Shown here piece by piece: positions 28,658-34,334 of a stretch of 34,334 nucleotides of DNA; the stretch's first letter is position 1; the number at the start of each line of letters is the position of its first letter. Source of the stretch: Caldilineae bacterium (GTDB lineage Bacteria; Chloroflexota; Anaerolineae; DTLA01); assembly GCA_037446815.1 (NCBI GenBank), contig JBBIHX010000016.1, positions 1 to 34,334 on the forward strand. Direction: 5' to 3'. The translations under genes were made by a program, and so were the position numbers. A model generated the notes under the pieces. That model ran no database searches. It saw only the letters and a program-made list of their open reading frames with translations, and was not told where the DNA came from.

Positions 28658-28880
28658 GGATTCGCGCGATTCGCTTCGCCCGCCATGACCGCGCGGGGCT
28701 AAACCCCCGCGCTGCATGACCCAAGCCCGTAGGGCTTTGTGCACTTAGCCCGAGGCTTCAGACTCGGGCGTCCGGCGGGCGGGCACACCTCACCCCCGGC
28801 CTGCGGCCTCCCTCTCTTCGCCCACGACGAGGTGCCGGGCATGACAACGTGCGACGCACCTCCGAGGTACGTCGCACGTT
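28658..28880. repeat. composite repeat mosaic, inverted homolog of 26558-26733
   Basis: Same module order in reverse complement; family B at 28846-28880. Confidence 0.8.
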
Positions 28881-28905
28881 ACCTGCTTTGCTCGCAATGG
28901 CGGTG

Positions 28906-29640
28906 CTAGCGGCTCTTATCCCACAGCAACTTGAGCGTGTTCAGCGCAAGGCCATACCGGCGGTCTAGCACGCGGGGGTCGGTGCTCTCCGGCTCGTTGA
29001 ACATGGTAACGAACGGCACGGTGATGCCCTGCACGCGCAGGTACCCGTTGGGCTTGCCGCCGGTGAGGAGACCCCAGTCGTCCTCGCCGTAGGTGCGCTC
29101 CATCTCGGAGCGGGGTACGGAGTGGGTGAGGATGCCATCCTTGCGCTTTTCATCGTAACGCGCCAGGTTGCGCCGCCATGATTCCTCAAAGGAGACGAGG
29201 ATGTACAAAATGGCGCCCCGTTGCAGCACGCGGGGGTCCAGCCGCGAGAGGGCGCGCTCGTAGCCATAGTTCTTGCCGCGCGAGAACTCCACCAGCGTCG
29301 TGTGGCCCGGCCTGGGGTCGGAGCGGAGCCGGTCCTGCAGCGCGCGGTTCAGGTCGTCTATCAGCACATCCCAGACCTCGTCCGAGGCGACCACGTACCC
29401 GAATTCGGCCGGGCGCGACAGTCGGCGGGGCTTGCCCTGCTTCTCCAGTTCGTCCTCCTGCAGAAACCGCTGCCAGAGGAACACGAAGTCGTCCACGACA
29501 TCAAAGTTGCCGATGGCGTACCGTTGCGCGCGAACGTGGTCGGGCACCTTGGACATGAAATCTATGAACTCAGACTTGCCGCTGGCCGGACGTCCGAGAA
29601 CCAGCAGGTACGGGAATACGTCGGCGGGTGTATCAGCCAT
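28906..29640 (-). CDS. hypothetical P-loop NTPase/kinase-like protein
   Basis: LLVLGRPASGKSE Walker A, LVEFSRG, ESWRRNLAR lid-like motif; ATG after gggag. Confidence 0.75.
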   Translation of the reverse strand: MADTPADVFPYLLVLGRPASGKSEFIDFMSKVPDHVRAQRYAIGNFDVVDDFVFLWQRFLQEDELEKQGKPRRLSRPAEFGYVVASDEVWDVLIDDLNRALQDRLRSDPRPGHTTLVEFSRGKNYGYERALSRLDPRVLQRGAILYILVSFEESWRRNLARYDEKRKDGILTHSVPRSEMERTYGEDDWGLLTGGKPNGYLRVQGITVPFVTMFNEPESTDPRVLDRRYGLALNTLKLLWDKSR

Positions 29641-29664
29641 GGCCTGCTCCCGAAGATGCTGCGA

Positions 29665-29859
29665 TTAGTTGTTCTCGCTCTTGTCCTTCGCAGACGGCTC
29701 CGCGCTCTCGGTCTTCTTCGGCTCGCCGGTGGATGCTTCACGGAAGCCACGGATCGCCTTGCCCAGGGCAGACCCGATCTCCGGCAGCCTCCCGACGCCG
29801 AAGATGATCACGACGATGACCAGGATCAGGATCAGTTCGGGCACGCCAAGTTGTGGCAT
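29665..29859 (-). CDS. tatA: twin-arginine translocase subunit TatA/E
   Basis: [41 protein letters not shown] after ggagg. Confidence 0.94.
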   Translation of the reverse strand: MPQLGVPELILILVIVVIIFGVGRLPEIGSALGKAIRGFREASTGEPKKTESAEPSAKDKSENN

Positions 29860-29896
29860 ACCAACCTCCCATTCGTTGTTTGCAGCCGCACGCGCG

Positions 29897-29926
29897 ATTA
29901 TAGCACGTTGCGGCGTACCTATGCAA
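29897..29926 (-). promoter_or_regulatory. sigma70-type promoter for tatA
   Basis: TTGCAT(29926-29921)-18 bp-TATAAT(29902-29897), extended TGn. Confidence 0.7.
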
Positions 29927-29942
29927 AAACCCCCGCGCCGAA

Positions 29943-30099
29943 GATTCCGTTCCGAAGTCTGTTGGTGTCTGTCATTGCGACGGCGCGGCGCCCTCACCCC
30001 AGCCCTCTCCCGAAGGGCGAGGGCGTATCGCCTTCGGCTCAGCATGACAGAGCGGGGAGGCGGCGCGTGGGGCAGATCAACACAAGATGAAACCGAGTC
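29943..30099. mobile_element. MITE-like element type 2
   Basis: Ends gattccgttccgaagtctgttgg / tcaacacaagatgaaaccgagtc; cargo largely shared with 11818-11991. Confidence 0.72.
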
Positions 30100-30107
30100 C
30101 CACTGCC

Positions 30108-30257
30108 GACTCGGTTCCATCTTGTGTTGGTGAAACGCCTGGACACTCTCCTCGTGTGTCGTTGCGAGCGAAGCGAAGCAACCTCACGCCCCGGCGATTG
30201 CTTCGGGCGCTGCGCGCCCTCGCAATGACAAATACCAACAGACTTTGGAACCAAGTC
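30108..30257 (+). mobile_element. MITE-like element type 1
   Basis: 150 bp; gactcggttccatcttgtgttgg / ccaacagactttggaaccaagtc; flanks ccactgcc and cccctgcc (7/8 match). Confidence 0.85.
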
Positions 30258-30273
30258 CCCCTGCCGCGCCGTT

Positions 30274-30302
30274 TTGATATGTCCCCTGTGCGGTGCTATA
30301 AT
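30274..30302 (+). promoter_or_regulatory. sigma70 promoter for DUF151-dnaB operon
   Basis: TTGATA(30274-30279)-17 bp-TATAAT(30297-30302), extended TGn. Confidence 0.8.
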
Positions 30303-30348
30303 TGTCTTGCCGCGGCCAACCCCTTGGCCATGGAAAGGAGCGAGCGCT

Positions 30349-30864
30349 ATGATTGAGGTGAGAGTGGATAGCATTCGGGTGAGCCTGGTGTCTGCGCATC
30401 GGGTCGTGGTTCTGAGGGACACGTCGTCGCCGCGCTACCTTCCCATCTGGATTGGCCCGTTTGAGGCCGAGGCCATCGCCGCCGAGTTGCAGGGTGTGCG
30501 CGCCCCACGCCCCATGACCCACGACCTGCTCAAGAATGTCCTGGCCCATCTGGGCGCCCAGGTTACCCATGTCCTCATCACAAGCCTGCGCGGGGATACG
30601 TTCTACGCACGCATCTTCTTGGATGTGGCGGGCCAGGTTACCGACATTGACTCGCGCCCTAGCGACGCCATTGCCCTCGCCGTCCGCACCCGTTCGCCCA
30701 TCTTCGTCGCCGAAGAGGTGCTTGCGCAGGCGGGGCTGGAGCCGGACCCGGGAATCAGCCTGGACGAGGAAGACAAACTCGCGCCCTACCGCGAATTCGT
30801 GGAAAACCTGGACCTGGATCTTCCCGGCGGTGAGGGTTCTGAGACCGATGAGGATGCCGAATGA
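30349..30864 (+). CDS. bifunctional nuclease family protein (DUF151)
   Basis: [45 protein letters not shown] after aaggag. Confidence 0.93.
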   Translation: MIEVRVDSIRVSLVSAHRVVVLRDTSSPRYLPIWIGPFEAEAIAAELQGVRAPRPMTHDLLKNVLAHLGAQVTHVLITSLRGDTFYARIFLDVAGQVTDIDSRPSDAIALAVRTRSPIFVAEEVLAQAGLEPDPGISLDEEDKLAPYREFVENLDLDLPGGEGSETDEDAE

Positions 30865-32237
30865 GCACAGATCGCGTCCCGCCTCAGAATATTGAGGCCG
30901 AGCAGTCGCTTCTGGGCAGCATTCTGATAGACCCCGAGGCGATCATTCGGGTGTCGCCCATCGTGCGCCCCGAGGATTTCTACCGCGACATCCACGGCAT
31001 TATCTATGAGGCCGCGCTGGACCTGCACGAGCGCCGCCAGCCTGCCGATTTCGTAACCCTGCGCGATGCCCTCCAGCAGCGCAATCAGTTGGAACTGGTG
31101 GGCGGGACGGCGTACCTGAGCGCCCTCGTCAACGCCGTCCCCACGTCGGCCCACGCCGAACACTACGCGCAGATCGTCCAGCGCACGGCGATTCTGCGGC
31201 GGCTCATTGACGCCGCCACCCAGATCACCGGCATCGCCTACGAGCCGGTGGACGATGTGGAAGAGGCCATTGACCGGGCCGAGCAGGTGCTGTTCGCGGT
31301 GGCCGAGCGCCGACATGCCCGCGACCTCACGCCCATCGGCCAGGTCATCGCCCGCTATTACGACCGACTCCAGATGCTGGCCGAGAACAAGGGCCAACTT
31401 CTGGGCATTCCGACGGGGTTCACGGCGCTGGACAAACTCCTCGGCGGGCTTCAGCCGTCGGACCTCATCATCCTGGCGGCGCGCCCCAGCATGGGCAAGA
31501 CCGCCCTGGCGCTGACCATGGCCACCCAGGCTGCCAAGCGCCATGGGGTGCACGTCGCCATCTTCAGCCTGGAAATGTCGGCGGAACAACTGGTGCAGCG
31601 CCTGCTGGCTGCCGAGAGCGGCATTGACATCCAGCGCCTGCGAACCGGCGACATCCGCGACGATGAGTGGCCTATCCTAATCCAGGCGGCCAGCGCCCTG
31701 TCGGATACCCACATCTTCATAGACGACTCGCCTTCGCTCACGGTGCTGTCCATGCGGTCCAAGGCCCGTCGCATCCACAGTCAGTACGGCCTGGACCTCA
31801 TCATCGTGGACTATCTGCAACTCATGGAGGGCGACCGCCGTTCCGAAAACCGCGTGCAGGAGATTTCCAACATCTCCCGCGGGCTCAAAGGACTGGCCCG
31901 CGAACTCAACGTCCCCGTGCTGGCCCTGTCGCAACTCTCGCGCGCGGTGGAGGCCCGGCAGGACAAGCGCCCCCAACTGTCCGACCTGCGCGAGTCCGGC
32001 TCCATAGAGCAGGACGCCGACGTGGTGCTGTTCATCTACCGCGACGCCATGTACTACAAGACCGAAGAGGAGTGGGCGCGCGCCTTCCCCGACAAGCCCT
32101 ACTACCCGGGCCTGTCCGAGGTCTGGGTCAGCAAACAGCGCAACGGGCCCGCGGGTAAGAAGGTTGACCTGTACTTTGAGGAGAGCCTCGCCGTGTTCCG
32201 CGACCTGAAGCGCGAGAGCGTGCAGTTGAATCCATGA
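30861..32237 (+). CDS. dnaB: replicative DNA helicase
   Basis: [59 protein letters not shown]; no intein. Confidence 0.97.
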   Translation: MSTDRVPPQNIEAEQSLLGSILIDPEAIIRVSPIVRPEDFYRDIHGIIYEAALDLHERRQPADFVTLRDALQQRNQLELVGGTAYLSALVNAVPTSAHAEHYAQIVQRTAILRRLIDAATQITGIAYEPVDDVEEAIDRAEQVLFAVAERRHARDLTPIGQVIARYYDRLQMLAENKGQLLGIPTGFTALDKLLGGLQPSDLIILAARPSMGKTALALTMATQAAKRHGVHVAIFSLEMSAEQLVQRLLAAESGIDIQRLRTGDIRDDEWPILIQAASALSDTHIFIDDSPSLTVLSMRSKARRIHSQYGLDLIIVDYLQLMEGDRRSENRVQEISNISRGLKGLARELNVPVLALSQLSRAVEARQDKRPQLSDLRESGSIEQDADVVLFIYRDAMYYKTEEEWARAFPDKPYYPGLSEVWVSKQRNGPAGKKVDLYFEESLAVFRDLKRESVQLNP

Positions 32238-32908
32238 GCGAAGCCGAGCGCGCCAACAAACCCATACGCCCCTTTGCGGGATTGCCCGACGGCCGCATCG
32301 CCACGACCGCGCTGCCGAACGTGTTGTTCTCCGAACTTCTGGCGGATTGCGACGACCTGGCGGAACTGAAGGTAACGCTCCACATCTTCTGGGCGCTGGC
32401 GCGGCGACCGCGCAGGCATCCGGGGATAAGCCTGGCCGAACTGCGGCGCGACCCGCTCCTCCGCCACAGCCTGGGCGTCCTGGGCGGCGACCTGCACGAT
32501 ACCCTGGACCGCGCCCTGCGACGGGCCGTCGCGAGGGGATCGCTCTTGCGGATACGCGGGCAGAGAAAGGGTGAGGAGGAGACGTGGTTCTTCACCAATA
32601 GTCCCAAGGGGCGCGCGGCCGTGGAACGGCTCACACGGGGCGAGGAGGGATTTGAGCCGCTGGCCGGCGAGACGTTTGAGGGCACTCCCCCCTCGCGGCC
32701 CAGCATCTTCGCCCTGTACGAGCAGAACGTGGGCCTGGTGCAGCCCATCATCGCGCAGGAGCTGATGGAGGCCGAAGACACGTACCCCGCCGCCTGGATT
32801 GAAGACGCATTCCGCATCGCCGCCGAGCGCAACGTGCGCAATTGGCGGTACGTGCGGGCGATTCTGGAGCGGTGGGCCACCGAGGGCAAGGGCGATGAGA
32901 CGGATTGA
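32234..32908 (+). CDS. DnaD-domain replication protein
   Basis: N-terminal winged-helix-like ELKVTLHIFW; C-terminal IFALYEQNVG...AFRIAAERNVRNWRYVRAILERW (DnaD YxxxIxxxW motif). Confidence 0.85.
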   Translation: MSEAERANKPIRPFAGLPDGRIATTALPNVLFSELLADCDDLAELKVTLHIFWALARRPRRHPGISLAELRRDPLLRHSLGVLGGDLHDTLDRALRRAVARGSLLRIRGQRKGEEETWFFTNSPKGRAAVERLTRGEEGFEPLAGETFEGTPPSRPSIFALYEQNVGLVQPIIAQELMEAEDTYPAAWIEDAFRIAAERNVRNWRYVRAILERWATEGKGDETD

Positions 32909-34292
32909 CGACATTCTCAAGGGCATGACGCCGGACGTTCCACCCAAGAGCAGCGGAAAGGCCGCGTCATCGGGGCGCGCTGACGAGGACGTGTGCCCCA
33001 TCTGCGGCGGCACGGGCCTGTTGTTGCCCGACCTGCCCGTTGACCACCCCGAATTTGGCCACGCGGTGCCGTGCCAGTGCGCCCTCCGCAAACTGGAAGA
33101 GCGCAGGCAGGAACTGCTCCGCAAGTGGAGCGACCTGGGCGCCCTGTCCCACATGACCTTTGAGAACTTCACGCCGGGCGGTCGCCAGCACACGCCGGCG
33201 CAGCAGCGCAACTTGCAGACGGCCTACCAGCGGGCGCGCGCCTTCGCCGAGAACCCGCAGGGCTGGCTGGTGTTCCGCGGTGGGTTTGGATCGGGCAAGA
33301 CCCACCTGGCCGCCGCCATCGCCAACTACCGCCTGGCACTTGGGGAAGCGGTTGTCTTCGCCGTGGTGCCTGATTTGCTGGACTACCTGCGGGCCAGTTT
33401 CAGCCCAACCAGCGATACGCCCTTTGACGAGCGGTTCCAAACCATCCTGGACGCGCCGCTCCTCATCCTGGACGACCTGGGCACCCAGAGTTCCACGCCC
33501 TGGGCGCAGGAAAAACTGTTCCAGATTCTGAACCATCGCTACAACCGCCGCCAGCCCACGGTGATTACGATGAACTGCGAACTGGATGAGATTGACCTGC
33601 GCGTGCGGTCGCGCCTGTTGGATATGGACCTGGTAGAGCACGTGGTGCTGCAGGTCCCCGACTATCGCGGCGCGGTCCCCGAAGGCATCGCCGAACTGGA
33701 CACCCTGTCGCTGTACCGCGAGATGACCTTTGACCGCTTTGACCTGCGCCAGAACGAGGCGGGGCTCACGGCCGAGCAGCGGGAGAATCTGCGAGAGGCC
33801 TTCGTCTTCGCCAAGAAGTACGCGCAAAGCCCGGATGGGTGGGTGGTGTTCCAGGGCGTGTATGGGTGCGGCAAGACCCATCTGGCGGCGGCCATCGCCA
33901 ACTACCGCCACGCCCAGGGCGAGCCGGTGGTGTTCGTCGTCGTCCCGGACCTGCTGGATCACCTGCGGGCCACCTTCAGCCCGTTGAGCCCGGTGTCCTA
34001 CGACCGCCGCCTGGAAGAGGTGAAGATGGCCGAGTTCCTCGTGCTGGATGACCTGGGGACCGAGAGCGCGACCCCCTGGGCCCGCGAGAAACTGTACCAG
34101 ATCTGCAACTACCGCTATCTGGCGCGGCTGCCCACCGTCTTCACCACCAGCCAGGAGATTGACAAATTGGACCCGCGCCTGCGCATCCGCATGTTGGACC
34201 AGACGCGTTGCACCATCGTGGAGATCAAGGCGCCCGCATACCGCGAGCAGGAGCGGCGCAACAAGAAGTCGGGCCCCTCGCGCCCGCGATGA
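32895..34292 (+). CDS. DnaC/DnaI/IstB-like helicase loader with Zn-binding N-terminus and two tandem AAA+ domains
   Basis: CPICGGTG...CQC; GGFGSGKT/LILDDLG and GVYGCGKT/LVLDDLG; ATG 32895 overlaps dnaD end. Confidence 0.88.
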   Translation: MRRIDDILKGMTPDVPPKSSGKAASSGRADEDVCPICGGTGLLLPDLPVDHPEFGHAVPCQCALRKLEERRQELLRKWSDLGALSHMTFENFTPGGRQHTPAQQRNLQTAYQRARAFAENPQGWLVFRGGFGSGKTHLAAAIANYRLALGEAVVFAVVPDLLDYLRASFSPTSDTPFDERFQTILDAPLLILDDLGTQSSTPWAQEKLFQILNHRYNRRQPTVITMNCELDEIDLRVRSRLLDMDLVEHVVLQVPDYRGAVPEGIAELDTLSLYREMTFDRFDLRQNEAGLTAEQRENLREAFVFAKKYAQSPDGWVVFQGVYGCGKTHLAAAIANYRHAQGEPVVFVVVPDLLDHLRATFSPLSPVSYDRRLEEVKMAEFLVLDDLGTESATPWAREKLYQICNYRYLARLPTVFTTSQEIDKLDPRLRIRMLDQTRCTIVEIKAPAYREQERRNKKSGPSRPR

Positions 34293-34299
34293 GGCGCCG

Positions 34300-34334
34300 C
34301 TCCCTCGCCCATCGGGAGAGGGCTGGGGTGAGGG
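34300..34334. repeat. repeat family D (ccctc.ccc...gggagaggg..ggggtgaggg)
   Basis: Reverse-complement homolog of 11883-11916 and 29991-30023. Confidence 0.65.

Noticed and set aside
28644..28666. GATTCG starting 15 bp upstream of the LCP -35 box as another MITE end
   Set aside because: Match stops after 6 nt and continues as the gcgaa-periodic repeat; not counted as support for promoter targeting.
5990..28880. Family B 35-bp repeats or the 119-bp tandem as a CRISPR array
   Set aside because: Copies are dispersed, not separated by unique regular spacers; no cas genes.
31..30422. Recurrent ORFs beginning [10 protein letters not shown]... or containing NVRRTSEVRRT
   Set aside because: Translations of the palindromic repeats; no RBS and inconsistent lengths and stops between copies.
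32895..34292. IS21 element (istB)
   Set aside because: No istA or IS21 ends; operonic with dnaB and dnaD and has an N-terminal Zn site like DnaI/DnaC loaders.

Overview
High-GC bacterial chromosomal segment. Gene content (Thr/Pro-linker LysM, lamin-tail and cohesin proteins, dnaB-dnaD-double dnaC, EF-G2) suggests Chloroflexota/Anaerolineae; this is inference. It has about 28 CDS and one tRNA-Leu(CAG): GT4 glycosyltransferase, HD protein, LysM protein, ABC exporter, alpha/beta hydrolase, MFS, a GntR-two transcarbamylase-carbamate kinase operon, GNAT, AhpD/CMD, a 4x lamin-tail protein, FtsB-like, DegV, EF-G2, NfeD-stomatin-CDF-ComEA-cohesin, LCP, a P-loop protein, TatA, DUF151-DnaB-DnaD-tandem DnaC. 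Two 100-N scaffold gaps are 55-bp overlap artefacts. The most striking signal is intergenic: a ~150-bp non-autonomous element with 23-bp imperfect terminal inverted repeats and 8-bp target duplications. Five of its ends lie 15-16 bp upstream of sigma70 -35 boxes, the signature of promoter-targeting Mutator-like (ISLre2/TnGBS-type) transposition, and it carries interchangeable palindromic cargo. At least six other palindromic or periodic repeat families form modular mosaics, mostly at gene 3' ends. No transposase, integrase or CRISPR array is present in the window.
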